Both the position numbers and the translations under genes were made by a program. The notes under the pieces are model-generated. The model saw only the letters and a program-made list of their open reading frames with translations, did not search any database and was not told the origin of the DNA. A stretch of 64,000 nt of DNA from Candidatus Poribacteria bacterium (GTDB lineage: Bacteria > Poribacteria > WGA-4E > WGA-3G), in the NCBI GenBank assembly GCA_965197475.1, contig CBDANF010000003.1:2336001-2400000 (forward strand), given 5' to 3'. Positions 1-10,273 of this stretch are shown piece by piece (position 1 is the first letter of the stretch; each line of letters starts with the position of its first letter).

Positions 1-672
1 TGAATTGTTCTGATTCTGCTCTTCCGTTACGTTGGACTCACCTGTCATTCTGGCTTTATACAGATAATAAAGCGCGAAACCTGCGCCGACTACACCAAAC
101 ACGATAGCGGACAAAGGTCGCGTATTGAAAGCATACCCCAACGCAAATCCTGAGACAGGCGGATAGATAACATTCCTCACACCGTTTAAGGTGCGGATAA
201 GCGTGAATAAATAGAGCACAAGGTAAAATCGGCTTACCGGTTCGCTGAACCATGTGGATCCCATCCCCGCAGTTGCCGGTGAAATCAGTGCGATCACAGC
301 AGCGATAAGTGCAATCGGTTTACTGTATGTTTCTCTCACAAGAAGAAAAAGCAGGAACAGTGCGCCGCCTGTCGCAAGCACAGGAATAAGCCACGGCGCG
401 TTCACAAATACCCCAAACATCAGCATTAACGCATTGCCAAACGGATATTTGGAATACCATTTATCATGCAGAATGTTAATATGCGGCGAAGACGAGAACC
501 CGTATTCAGGTGGAGCGGGCATTGAAATTTTACCCTCTGCAAACAACTTTGCCTGAAATAGATACGATACGGTGTCGGGTTCAAAGTAGGAGAAGTTGAG
601 ATAGATGCCGCTTAGTATTACTGATAGTAGCACACCGAGTATGGATATGATAAGAATAGGTTTGTTTTTCAT
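1..672 (-). CDS. ArnT/PMT-like (GT-C) membrane glycosyltransferase, 3' end beyond window edge
   Basis: Manual translation from ATG 672: MKNKPILIISILGVLL...FEPDTVSYLFQAKLFAEG...WYSKYPFGNALML...SGFALGYAFNTRP. Many TM segments; frame open to position 1. Confidence 0.65.
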   Translation of the reverse strand, partial: MKNKPILIISILGVLLSVILSGIYLNFSYFEPDTVSYLFQAKLFAEGKISMPAPPEYGFSSSPHINILHDKWYSKYPFGNALMLMFGVFVNAPWLIPVLATGGALFLLFLLVRETYSKPIALIAAVIALISPATAGMGSTWFSEPVSRFYLVLYLFTLIRTLNGVRNVIYPPVSGFALGYAFNTRPLSAIVFGVVGAGFALYYLYKARMTGESNVTEEQNQNNS

Positions 673-714
673 TTTTATCCGTTTATATCTGTTGATAGAC
701 AGTTAGACGTGGTA

Positions 715-3476
715 TCATTTTTCGGATTCCAACTCTTTTACCTTCGCAAAGTCCTTTTCGGCCTCATCAGACTGTCCGAGTGCTTTCTTTGCGTTTCCAC
801 GGTTTGTGTAAGCAAGGACATGCTTTGGGTTAATCTTTATTGCTTTCGTGTAATCGTCTATAGCCGCTTGATAAAGTTGTTTTGCTTCTTCTACATTCCC
901 TTGATTTGCTTTCGATTTTCCGATTAGATACTTCACCCATCCCCGATTATTGTATGCCATGGCATATTTAGGGAACAGTTGTATGGCTTGCGTATAGTCT
1001 TGAATCGCCGCTTCATAGAAGTTAAGGGCTATTGCTTCGTCCCTTTGATCCATGCTAAATTCATCAAGGGCTGCCCTCGTTAACCCGCGATGGAAATACG
1101 GGAAGGCATACTTAGAGTCAACCTTAATTGAGTGCGTATAGTCGTCAATTGCTGCTTGATAGAGATGTTGAGCTTCTGCCACATCACCTTGGCCTGCTTT
1201 AGATTTGCCAAATTCGTGCTGTGTCCACCCTCGATTATTGTAGGCGAGTGCAAACTCAGGATTAATCTTGATAGTAAGTGTGTAGTCGTCTATAGCTGCT
1301 TGATATAGGTGCTGTGCTTCTGCTACATTACCTTGATATGCTTTTGATTTACCAAGACCATACTTTGCCCGTCCACGCCAGAAGTATGCCCGAATATGTT
1401 TAGGGTTTTGTAGGATTGCGTTATCAAAGCTAATTATCGCCTTGGCATAGTCTCCAGCATTGAATCTACCTTCTCCCTCATGGTGGTAAGCGTAAGCGCG
1501 GATATGGTCGCGCTGATGCCACTGTTCCAAAGGTTCCGATGGTCCAGATTGAGCGAGCAGTGCCTTAAGTCTGTTTGATGGAACAGCGAAATTGTAATAG
1601 TCTGATCGGGTGGTTATCCCGATAACTTCTCCTTTATCATTTAACACAGGCCCCCACTGCTACCTTTGGAACAATTGGTTGTCGTCCCGAGCAATTTGTC
1701 ACTATTCCGGATGCCGTGCACATTTCCGGCAGTAACCTTGTATTTTCTACCGGGATATCCCACGGCAACAACAGTATCTCTCTTTTGAACTAAATCGCTG
1801 TCTCCAATGGGTAGCGGCGTGCCTTCACCATCAATCTGTAAGACAACGAGATCGTTTTCTACATCAAACGCTGTTACACCAACAACTTCCCAAATCATAT
1901 CTTTGTCATTGAGTTTTACGAAAATTGGTCCAGGTCTGGCTACGACGTGAATATTCGTCACAATCTTGTTCTTATCCACGAAGAACCCGCTACCATAGGG
2001 AAATCCACTCAAAGGTCCAGTCCAGCACATAACACGTACTGTAGACTCTCTACCTTTTTCGGAATCCAACCCCGATTTCTGTGCATTTGCATCCGCTAAT
2101 TTAAAATAGTCCGCGATACCCGATTGATACAAGCTGCGTGCTTTCTCCAGATTCCCTTGAGCGAATACTATGTCACCAAGAGCAGCCTTTGCCCATCCGA
2201 GATTATAGTAAGCATGAGAATGCTCAAGATCAATCGAAATCGCTTGCGTGTAGTCATTTATCGCTTCTTGATAGAAGTTCTGTGGTTCTGTTACATTACC
2301 TTGACCTGCTTTAGATTTACCAAGCGTATACTTCGTCCACCCTCGATTGATGTAGGCATCAGCGTACTCAGGATCAATCTTGATCGCCTGCGTTAAGTCG
2401 TCAATCGCTATTTTATAGAGTTGTTGTGCATTTGTTACCTTACCCGTATTCGCTTTAGATTTACCAAATTCATAATTCGCCAATCCGCGGTTGTTATAGG
2501 CGACAGCATATTCAGAGTTTAGTTTTATTGCGCGTGTATAATCATCTATCGCACCAGCATAGTTTTCAAGTAAAAACTTCGCATCACCACGATTATAATA
2601 TGCTCTGGAATGTTCGGAATTTAGTTTTATAGCATGCGTATAGTCATCAATCGCCCCTTTATAATCATCAAGTTTATATTTAGTTCTTCCGCGTTTGTAG
2701 TAGGCACGAATATGTTCAGGATTTATCTCAATGGCTTTATCAAATTCAACTATAGCATTCTTATAGTCCTTGGCAAAGTATTTTGTTTGCCCTCGACTGT
2801 GGTGCACCTCAGCACGTATATGTTTTCGTTTTTGCCACTCAGGCAAAGGTTCAAGTGACATCGTTTTAGCACGCAATGCCTTAAGCGCGTTTGAGGGTAT
2901 AACGTAGTTGTGAGAAACATCACCATATCCTATAGTAATCCCAATAACATGGCCTTTATTGTTTAGCACAGGACCACCGCTACTCTGTTCAGAAGTAGCG
3001 ACTTCCATCCAGAACCATTGATCGCTTTTCAGGATACTGTCTATAGTCCCAGTCGCGGCTTTGTATTTACCATCAGGATATCCTATAACAGAAACAGACT
3101 CACCGCTTTGGACCGCATCACTGTCACCGAGAGGCAGTGGTGTGCCTTCACCAGAAAGTTTTAAGATAACAAGATTGTTTCTCGCATCAAACGCAGTCAC
3201 GCCTTCAACTGCCAAGATTGTATCTTTGTCGCTAAGTTTGGCGAAAACAGGACCGGGTTGTGCGACAACATGGATATTCGTCGCAATCTTGTTCTTGTCC
3301 ACAAAAAAACCGCTACCAAGCGTAATTGATTTTCCAGTTTGACTTACTAAGCGGACTGTGGAATCTTTTGTCAGTGCTAAGGTTTTTTCAGCAACCTGCT
3401 GGGGTGCTTGGGCACATGATAGAAGAAACCCCAAGGTTACCAATAAACTCAAGAAAGTTATGATACGATATTTCAT
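715..3476 (-). CDS. Lipoprotein with trypsin-like peptidase-TPR-trypsin-TPR architecture, split by a 1-bp frameshift near 1650
   Basis: ORF 1641..3476 ends GSSGGLC* and ORF 715..1647 continues LNDKGEVIGI. One added base restores GSSGGPVLNDKG. Lipobox LLSC, two GSGFFV/TNIHVV motifs, many AYxNRG TPRs. Confidence 0.85.
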
Positions 3477-3512
3477 AAGATGTCAAATTCCGTAATTTTT
3501 TGTTCGTTACGC

Positions 3513-3932
3513 TCATTCAAGTTCTGGTGGGTGTTCCCCAGCACCAATCAAGAGTTGTTGCAAATTTATCAATTCTTGCCTATTCAATTTCAATGCTTCA
3601 ACTGTCGCACGTCCTATAGGCGTTTGTCCAACAATGTCCATAAGATCTTCACTCCATTGAAAATGCTGATTCCACTTTTGACGGCGTGGGTGAAACAGCG
3701 GAGTTTGATGCTTTGTCTGTGGGTCTAATGCGTGTGTTTTTGTATGTTTTTGGTGATTACAGGAAGGACACGCCCAGGCCAGGTTGTCTAAGGTCGTTGC
3801 ACCGCCAGCACTGCGAGGCAGAATATGTTTGCAGTGAAAAGGTGCGCTTGTCAATTCAGCTGGACAAAGGCAGTACTCACAAAGCCCATTGGCTCTGTGG
3901 CGGATTAGCGACCTTAACCGGTCAGAGATCAT
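3513..3932 (-). CDS. HNH endonuclease domain protein
   Basis: CEYC...HILPRSAGG...NLAWACPSCN, plus the LFHPR..W..HF.W motif. Confidence 0.85.
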   Translation of the reverse strand: MISDRLRSLIRHRANGLCEYCLCPAELTSAPFHCKHILPRSAGGATTLDNLAWACPSCNHQKHTKTHALDPQTKHQTPLFHPRRQKWNQHFQWSEDLMDIVGQTPIGRATVEALKLNRQELINLQQLLIGAGEHPPELE

Positions 3933-4219
3933 TTTCAGTTCCTTTTAACCCCAGTTGTATCATGACTCCACGCAAAGTTGTGCCGCGTTTTTTGGCTAAA
4001 GCGATAAGTGCACGGACCCGTTCCACGTTTCGTGCTTCCCATTCTTGAATGAGCGATTCGTATTCTTCTGACTCTGCATCCGTCAGCATCTCGTCCTCAC
4101 GTTTGCTACGCAGCTGCCAGTAGCGATCATGTTTTTTCTGGCAGACGCGAGTACTCTTCAATCATCGCCAACAATATCGATTCTGCTGTCATGTCTGATA
4201 TTTTTTCTTCTGTTGACAT
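3922..4219 (-). CDS. Small helical protein upstream of HNH gene (antitoxin-like), frameshifted at an A-run near 4135
   Basis: GAGG RBS and ATG 4219 give MSTEEKISDMTAESILLAMIEEYSRLPEK. The frame then shifts into HDRYWQLRSKREDEMLTDAESEEY...; the 3' end overlaps the HNH start. Confidence 0.55.
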
Positions 4220-4319
4220 TGTTCATACCTCTAAATTTCTGTGAATATATTTCCACAAGGAAAATTGTCCGTTAGAATATAGCTTGATGTTCACTATCCG
4301 TCAAAATTTGCTTTTTCAG

Positions 4320-4347
4320 TTGACACACTGATAAAATATGATACAAT
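4320..4347 (+). promoter_or_regulatory. sigma70-type promoter
   Basis: TTGACA-16 nt-TACAAT with an extended -10 TG, upstream of 4397. Confidence 0.55.
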
Positions 4348-4396
4348 ATCATTAAGAGATATGATACCACATTTTTAAATTGAAAGGAAACGAATT

Positions 4397-5680
4397 ATGG
4401 ATTTAACACGTCAACCACCACGTCGCCCTTCAAACCTGGGTGTTGCAGGGATTGTCGGCGCGGCACGCATGACAGACAAGGCACGAGCGCATAACAATGA
4501 GACTCTCGGAGATTTTGTCTACGGAAAATATTCAGGTTTAGATCGCCGTATTTTAGAATTTTTGGGAATTACTGCAGACGCATTTGCCGAAGCAGCTGAC
4601 GAGTACGATGATGCTGCGCTCAGTGCTTGGATGCTTGAAAAAGGGAAAAAGAGTGCAGAAGAGATTGCAGCATTCAACCAATCGGAATTGGAGCGGCTAC
4701 CGACAGATAAAAAACATCAGCAGCTTCTGAAAGATCGGCTTGCCAAGTTTGCTCCTGATCGTACCGATATTAAGACTGTGCTGCAGTCCATTGAACTTGA
4801 CGATTGGGGATGTTTTTGGCAGGTTGATCTAACTGCACGGCCACCGCGTAGTGCGCGAGCAAGGGACGTTGCTGGCATCTGCGGCATCGCACGCATGGCG
4901 GATAAAGCACGCGCGGAACGCGCAGGAAAAATCGGTGACTATAAATACGGCAATATTTCTGGGCAAGATGTACGAATTTTGACGTTCCTCGGAGTTTCAG
5001 CCGATGATTTTCAGGAAGCAGCGGTTAACAATCCAAATGATATTGAGATAAGTGAATGGGTGCTGGATAACTGCGATAAAGCACAAGAAGAGATTGATAC
5101 GTTCAATCGCGCTATGGTAAATCGCGGTCCCGATGAAACATCACGTGAACGGTTTGAAGCGCGCCGCCAAGAAGTTGATCCGACTCGCACTGACATTACA
5201 ACATGGGTTGCACTCCAAGACCTTGATGATGAGTTGAGTTTCGGTATCGTTGACCTGCAACGCCGCGCACCGCGCAGTCCTTACAATACCGATGTATATG
5301 GAATGGTTCATCTTGCTCGGTTGATTGACAAAGGCAGAGCGTTTAACGGCAACTCGTTGGGAGAATATTTCTATGCAGAGGATTCGGGAATGGACAGGAT
5401 GGCACTTGCCTTTCTCGGTATATCTGCAACAGAATTCACTGAAACGTTGAAGTCGTTGTCAACTGATGCAGAGGCCGAGGCATGGTTGAAGGAGAACTAT
5501 TCAAAAAGTGAAGCGGACATCAAGGCATTCAATGAAAAGATGACGCAAATGGGTCCCGAGACCGAACGGCATAAAGCGATGATGGCAAGAATGCTCAAAA
5601 AGATCGCGCCAGACCGTACGGATATCAATACTTGGTTCGCGATGATGGATCTTGATGATGAGAAGACGTTTGCGTTGTAG
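4397..5680 (+). CDS. DUF5069-like protein with three tandem domain copies
   Basis: Three repeats of DL..R.PR.....G....AR..DK.RA...G...Y....G.D...L.FLG. Confidence 0.75.
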   Translation: MDLTRQPPRRPSNLGVAGIVGAARMTDKARAHNNETLGDFVYGKYSGLDRRILEFLGITADAFAEAADEYDDAALSAWMLEKGKKSAEEIAAFNQSELERLPTDKKHQQLLKDRLAKFAPDRTDIKTVLQSIELDDWGCFWQVDLTARPPRSARARDVAGICGIARMADKARAERAGKIGDYKYGNISGQDVRILTFLGVSADDFQEAAVNNPNDIEISEWVLDNCDKAQEEIDTFNRAMVNRGPDETSRERFEARRQEVDPTRTDITTWVALQDLDDELSFGIVDLQRRAPRSPYNTDVYGMVHLARLIDKGRAFNGNSLGEYFYAEDSGMDRMALAFLGISATEFTETLKSLSTDAEAEAWLKENYSKSEADIKAFNEKMTQMGPETERHKAMMARMLKKIAPDRTDINTWFAMMDLDDEKTFAL

Positions 5681-5712
5681 TAGATTTTTCGGATAGCTAA
5701 GGGAGACAAACC

Positions 5713-5940
5713 ATGACTTGCGATGTGTGTGGAAAAGAAGGGGCGCGTCAACGTTATCTTACTCGCAGTTACAGAAAAGGTGAATCGCTCTTGGTTATTG
5801 AAGATGTGCCTGTAATCTGTTGTACTCATTGCGGTGAGAGATATATGACTGTGCAGACATTGGATCAAATTGAACGCATTAAACGTTCCCCGGAGAATCT
5901 CGCGACAAAATGATTCGTACCAGTTGCAGTTTTCAAATAA
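5713..5940 (+). CDS. YgiT/MqsA-type zinc-finger protein, with in-frame TGA at 5911-5913 before a conserved-looking tail
   Basis: CDVC...IEDVPVICCTHCGE. After the TGA the frame continues FVPVAVFK*. Confidence 0.65.
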
Positions 5941-6281
5941 TACGCAACTTTCCTGGAATAGAAAACGATGAAAAATCTTGAAGCGATTGCAGATATTCAG
6001 TTAGGCAAAAGGACAGATGCAAATGCCGCATGGTCGGGATTTGATCCAGATTTTGCCTGACCTAAACTACCGTATGCCCGACTACGTGTTAGAAGGTACT
6101 GATGAACGTCTGCTGCGTGTTCTCGGTAAACACCCTGAAATGGCGTATAGATAAAGAATAGATTAGTGTTGTTTCATCATTTTATATTTGACAATTGCAA
6201 TGGCGTACGGTCAAGAAGGTTTCCATTTACCTCTATAATATCATTAGCTAAAATAAACCCTCGTAGATTTATGGAGAAACA

Positions 6282-6677
6282 ATGTATTTATATCACGGAA
6301 GCAAGGAGTCCTTTCCCAAATTGAAAAAACGTAAGGCTCACGCGCCACCAGGGAGACCTTCCGAAGAAGCTCTGGAAGCAATCTATCTCACACCTGACTT
6401 TCTCTTTGCATTGGCTTGTGCGGCAAGATCTCCCGGAATCTCTAATATAGATATCACAAACCGAACCATTTGCTTTGAAAATCCCGATCAGTTTGAGCCA
6501 GATGAGACTATTTATATCTATTTTGTAGATCCAATGAAGATCTCAGAGGACAAGAAAATCGAAATTGATCAGTGGCAGATTGCTGTAATCGAAGATGAGA
6601 TTACACCTGATAAGATTGAAACTTATAAGTCTGGTGACCTGTTGAAACACTACCGCCTTATAGATAAATGGGATTAA
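6282..6677 (+). CDS. Hypothetical protein, possible ADP-ribosyltransferase fold
   Basis: GGAG RBS; LYHGS...AIYLT.D...A pattern. Confidence 0.5.
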   Translation: MYLYHGSKESFPKLKKRKAHAPPGRPSEEALEAIYLTPDFLFALACAARSPGISNIDITNRTICFENPDQFEPDETIYIYFVDPMKISEDKKIEIDQWQIAVIEDEITPDKIETYKSGDLLKHYRLIDKWD

Positions 6678-6703
6678 CTTGGTGGAGTGTCAACATTTAT
6701 ATT

Positions 6704-6805
6704 GTAGGTCGCGATTCGGAGATCGCTCCTACAGAAATCTTGTGTAATGTGAATCAACGCTAATGCGCTTTTTGGCATTTGGCGGGAGGGAACTCCGATT
6801 CCCGA
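6704..6805. repeat. GTAG-type REP-like palindromes (family A)
   Basis: gtcgcgattcggagatcgctcctac and ggagggaactccgattcccga also occur at 10119-10177 and 62023-62085. Confidence 0.7.
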
Positions 6806-6870
6806 TTATTGTAATGGCTCCACAATTTGAGAGTGGATAAAGCACCAACAGAAACAAAAGGAAAATTCAG

Positions 6871-7506
6871 ATGTTAAGATTATTTACACCTGTCGCAATT
6901 GTCTGTGACCATACGATGACTGAACAAGCGTCTGCCCTTCGTGGAATGCTCGAAAGTTTTAGGCTGCGTGTTGATTTCTATCGCTTTGTCCAGAAACCAC
7001 AAGTGTTTGATTTCTTCACACAACCTCGTAACTATGCGTATACGATCATCCTTTGCCACGGCGGAGGCGGCACGCCAGAGGATATGGCCCTCAGACTTGA
7101 CGTTGTAGATCAGGCTTCGGGCGATTACGAAAACGAAGAAGATTGGGACTCGGTCATCGTTGAATTGACACCCGAGAAAATTGCTGAACATGTCCAAAAC
7201 CGAGAGGGCACCCTGATCGCTATATCTTGTGGTGCCGGCAGAGAACCGATAGCGGAGGCATTTCTAAAGTCCGGCTACCGCTCCTACATTGGACCCACTG
7301 AAAGCTATGTTGATACCGTTTCAGGATTGGTTTTTGCTGTCAACTTTTTCTATAATCTCATGACACGGGAGCGTGATTATGGCCGCGATTACGCAACGAC
7401 AACCTATACTGAACAAGAGGCGGTTAAAGAAGCTGCAAAACTTGACCCAGACTTCCGCTACGGACCAAAGTTATTCCGATGTCACACGAAAAAGGAGATT
7501 ACATAA
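6871..7506 (+). CDS. Hypothetical protein, possible CHAT/caspase-like His-Cys fold
   Basis: IILCHGG and IAISCGAG motifs, followed by AEAFLKSG...YIG. Confidence 0.5.
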   Translation: MLRLFTPVAIVCDHTMTEQASALRGMLESFRLRVDFYRFVQKPQVFDFFTQPRNYAYTIILCHGGGGTPEDMALRLDVVDQASGDYENEEDWDSVIVELTPEKIAEHVQNREGTLIAISCGAGREPIAEAFLKSGYRSYIGPTESYVDTVSGLVFAVNFFYNLMTRERDYGRDYATTTYTEQEAVKEAAKLDPDFRYGPKLFRCHTKKEIT

Positions 7507-8459
7507 TGTTTTTTGCGACTTACAACGCTATCTATGCAATTGAAGATAACGGAGATGGTGAACCTGTCCAAATCTATGAAGGCACAGACCATCAAGAGCA
7601 CGGCGCAATGGTTTCACTGTCAAACGGTCAAGCTGTGGTGTCTGCCTTGTCGGATGGAACACTACTGGTTTTATCGGAGAGTGATGAGAAGCGAATTCCA
7701 ACAGGTATAGAGGATCCAATCGCTTCGTTACTCGTTATTCGTGAGGATCCGTTGACACTGCTCATCGGTACGGACGAAGGGGCTTATGTCTACTGCCTCG
7801 TTGGAGAAAAAGGACCGGCTGAACGGGTCGTCGCGTTTGACGAATTAGAATGTCGAAAGGATTGGTATACGCCGTGGGGCGGCCCACCAGCTGTGCGGAC
7901 TTTTGCTAAAACTCAAGACGGTTTTTGTTATGCGGATATCCATGTTGGGAGTATCATGCGTTCCCCCGATGAAGGCGTTTCGTGGGAACCTGTAACGCCA
8001 GAACTTCATAAAGATGTCCATCAGGTCGCTACGTGTCCCGCAAACGATCATCAAGTTTATGCGAATACCCAAAACGGTGTCTATGTCAGTACAGACCGAG
8101 GAAACTCGTGGGTAAACCGGATTGAAGGGTTGCCTGTTCGCTACGGCACCGCTATTGCTGTACATCCAACAGACCCAGACCTACTGATCGCCACAGTTCA
8201 AAACGGACCAAGAGGCAGTGGTGCTTGGCTCTGTCGTTCGGAGAATGGCGGCGCGACGTGGACTCAACTCAACGATCAGCTCACAGAATCCACTGATCGG
8301 ATTCGCACGGGTTGTATTGCGTTTACATCCGATGGAACAGCATGGGCAGTTATCGGAAAGACGCTTTACGTCGGTCAGGATCGAGCTACTAATTGGTCCG
8401 CTTTCTGGACAGCACCCGAATACGATGGTGAATACCCCATCCAAACCCTTGCTGCTTAA
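7506..8459 (+). CDS. BNR/WD40-like beta-propeller protein
   Basis: Asp-box repeats RSPDEGVSW, STDRGNSW and RSENGGATW; TAATG coupling to the upstream gene. Confidence 0.75.
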   Translation: MFFATYNAIYAIEDNGDGEPVQIYEGTDHQEHGAMVSLSNGQAVVSALSDGTLLVLSESDEKRIPTGIEDPIASLLVIREDPLTLLIGTDEGAYVYCLVGEKGPAERVVAFDELECRKDWYTPWGGPPAVRTFAKTQDGFCYADIHVGSIMRSPDEGVSWEPVTPELHKDVHQVATCPANDHQVYANTQNGVYVSTDRGNSWVNRIEGLPVRYGTAIAVHPTDPDLLIATVQNGPRGSGAWLCRSENGGATWTQLNDQLTESTDRIRTGCIAFTSDGTAWAVIGKTLYVGQDRATNWSAFWTAPEYDGEYPIQTLAA

Positions 8460-8667
8460 TATATCGCAATAAGTAGTTTTTGACATAAATATCGTTTTGT
8501 GAAACGATATTTATTAAGGAAATCAACGAACTTGAGAAGCAGTTTGCCATTCCTCGTCATTTTAATTATACCGCACTACATTACGTACTGTACTGCCACC
8601 GGAAATTCGGGCCGCTCTCTAAGACAAGATTATGGTATAATATCCATCTCCTTGAAAGGAGTATCCG

Positions 8668-8958
8668 ATGGCGAAACGAAAACGAAGAAACTTCACCCCC
8701 GAGTTTAAAGCCGAAGTTGTTCTTGAGGCTCTCAGCGTTGAAAGTTCCCAAGCAGAAGTGTGTCGGCGACATAACCTCATCGATGAACAACTTTCAAAGT
8801 GGAAGCGACAGCTTCTTGAAAAAGCGGCGACCCTCTTTGAACCCGCTGATAAACAGTCTGATGCCTCTGCGGAGCGGATCGCCCAACTTGAGCAACTCGT
8901 TGGGCGGTTGACCTTGGCACTTGACATCCAAAAAAAAGCCTCAACTTACTTGAGTTAG
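8668..8958 (+). CDS. IS3 transposase OrfA (HTH)
   Basis: RRNFTPEFKAEVV...W..QL. An A8 slippery run at 8930-8937 has a -1 frame that is continuous with orfB. Confidence 0.9.
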   Translation: MAKRKRRNFTPEFKAEVVLEALSVESSQAEVCRRHNLIDEQLSKWKRQLLEKAATLFEPADKQSDASAERIAQLEQLVGRLTLALDIQKKASTYLS

Positions 8959-8963
8959 CCTCG

Positions 8964-9794
8964 ATGGAGCAGCGAGAAATGGTTACGGCATTACGGACAG
9001 ACTTTTCGGTTCGGCAGATATGTGAGACACTCGGTTTCAACCGAAGCAACCTCTATTATCACTCCAAGCAGGCCCCGTGTGAAGCGGGCCTCCAGGATGA
9101 AATAGAGACGTTATCTTTGCTATATCCAACATACGGATATAGGCGTCCCACACAGTTGTTGGTGCGTAGCGGATACACCATCGGGTATAAACGTGTTGCC
9201 CGATTGATGAAGTCCGCCAACCTCTCGGTTTCTGTCAAGCGTGTCTGTCAAACCACGACATCCGTTGCGGGTGTGCGTCCCTGGAGCAATCGCCTTGAAA
9301 ACCTTGATGTCTCCCGATGTAATCAGGTCTGGGTGGGCGATATTACCTACGTCCGCCTCAAAGGACACTTTATCTATGTTTGTCTGCTCATGGATGTCTT
9401 CACTCGCATGATCAGAGGGTGGCATATCAGTCAACACTTGACGCAATCTCTGACGTTGAAACCCTTGGAGACAGCATTATGTCAAAGTGTCCCAGAGATC
9501 CATCATTCTGATCAAGGCGTTCAATATCTTTCAAATGCGTCCATCTCACTGCTTAGGCATCATGGGATTGAGATTTCAGTCGCCCGGAGAGGGTGTCCTT
9601 GGGAGAACGGATATGCTGAAAGACTTATCCGCACGCTCAAGGAAGAAGAAGTTCATCTCAATGACTATGAGGACATCCACGAAGCAAGAACCCGCATTGG
9701 GCATTTTATTACACAAGTGTATAATCACAAACGCCCTCACTCTGCGTTAGAGTATTTGACACCTGTGGAATTTGAGCAAAAAAACTTGTCTTAA
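8964..9794 (+). CDS. IS3 transposase OrfB (DDE integrase core)
   Basis: YGYRR, WVGDITY, HHSDQGVQY, ENGYAERLIRTLKEE, YNHKRPHSAL. Confidence 0.95.
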   Translation: MEQREMVTALRTDFSVRQICETLGFNRSNLYYHSKQAPCEAGLQDEIETLSLLYPTYGYRRPTQLLVRSGYTIGYKRVARLMKSANLSVSVKRVCQTTTSVAGVRPWSNRLENLDVSRCNQVWVGDITYVRLKGHFIYVCLLMDVFTRMIRGWHISQHLTQSLTLKPLETALCQSVPEIHHSDQGVQYLSNASISLLRHHGIEISVARRGCPWENGYAERLIRTLKEEEVHLNDYEDIHEARTRIGHFITQVYNHKRPHSALEYLTPVEFEQKNLS

Positions 9795-10118
9795 CTTTGC
9801 TAAATTTTGGTCTGAATAAACGGTAGCACTTCAGCATGGTTATTGCCAGTGCTATGTATTTCAGCGTCAATACTACTAATGCTGAAAAAGATGTTATAGT
9901 TGTGTAGGGTATTAAAATATGCTATATTGTATTTGATTGGGATATGTGCAGCACATCCTCACGACACGGCATTAAAAATTAACAAATGTGATATGTCAGT
10001 AACTACTCATTGCGTAATATAACGCGTTGTGCTAGTTAACATTTTGTATGTTTATATTTCACATGTTCGTTTTGTTTAGGTTTGAATTCCGCAACTTTTC
10101 CGATACCTAACCTCAAAG

Positions 10119-10177
10119 GTAGGAGGGAACTCCGATTCCCGACTACAAATGGGTCGCGATTCGGAGATCGCTCCTAC
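10119..10177. repeat. REP doublet (inverted pair of ~25-bp GTAG repeats, family A)
   Basis: gtaggagggaactccgattcccgac ... gtcgcgattcggagatcgctcctac. Confidence 0.75.
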
Positions 10178-10273
10178 AGAATATGAACAGTTGTGAAAAA
10201 TGACAAAACTGTCCCGTAACTAGCACAAGTTGTTAATATATTATTGCAAGAGTGAGCAGAGGAGATTGTAGTT

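Larger units (their letters stand above)
8589..9833 (+). mobile_element. IS3-family insertion sequence
   Basis: Imperfect 25-bp TIRs TGTACTGCCACCGGAAATTCGGGCC and (reverse complement) TGAAGTGCTACCGTTTATTCAGACC; contains orfA and orfB. No target duplication seen. Confidence 0.9.

Noticed and set aside
5911-5913. Selenocysteine or recoded TGA in the zinc-finger gene
   Set aside because: The position is not a Cys site, no SECIS-like hairpin is evident and TGA is a normal stop elsewhere; a CGA-to-TGA change is simpler.
5968-6153. Short ORF fragments after the zinc-finger gene
   Set aside because: Possibly a gene remnant, but no recognisable motif supports a call.
8930-8966. Programmed -1 frameshift as a novelty
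   Set aside because: Real, but the standard IS3-family OrfAB expression mechanism.
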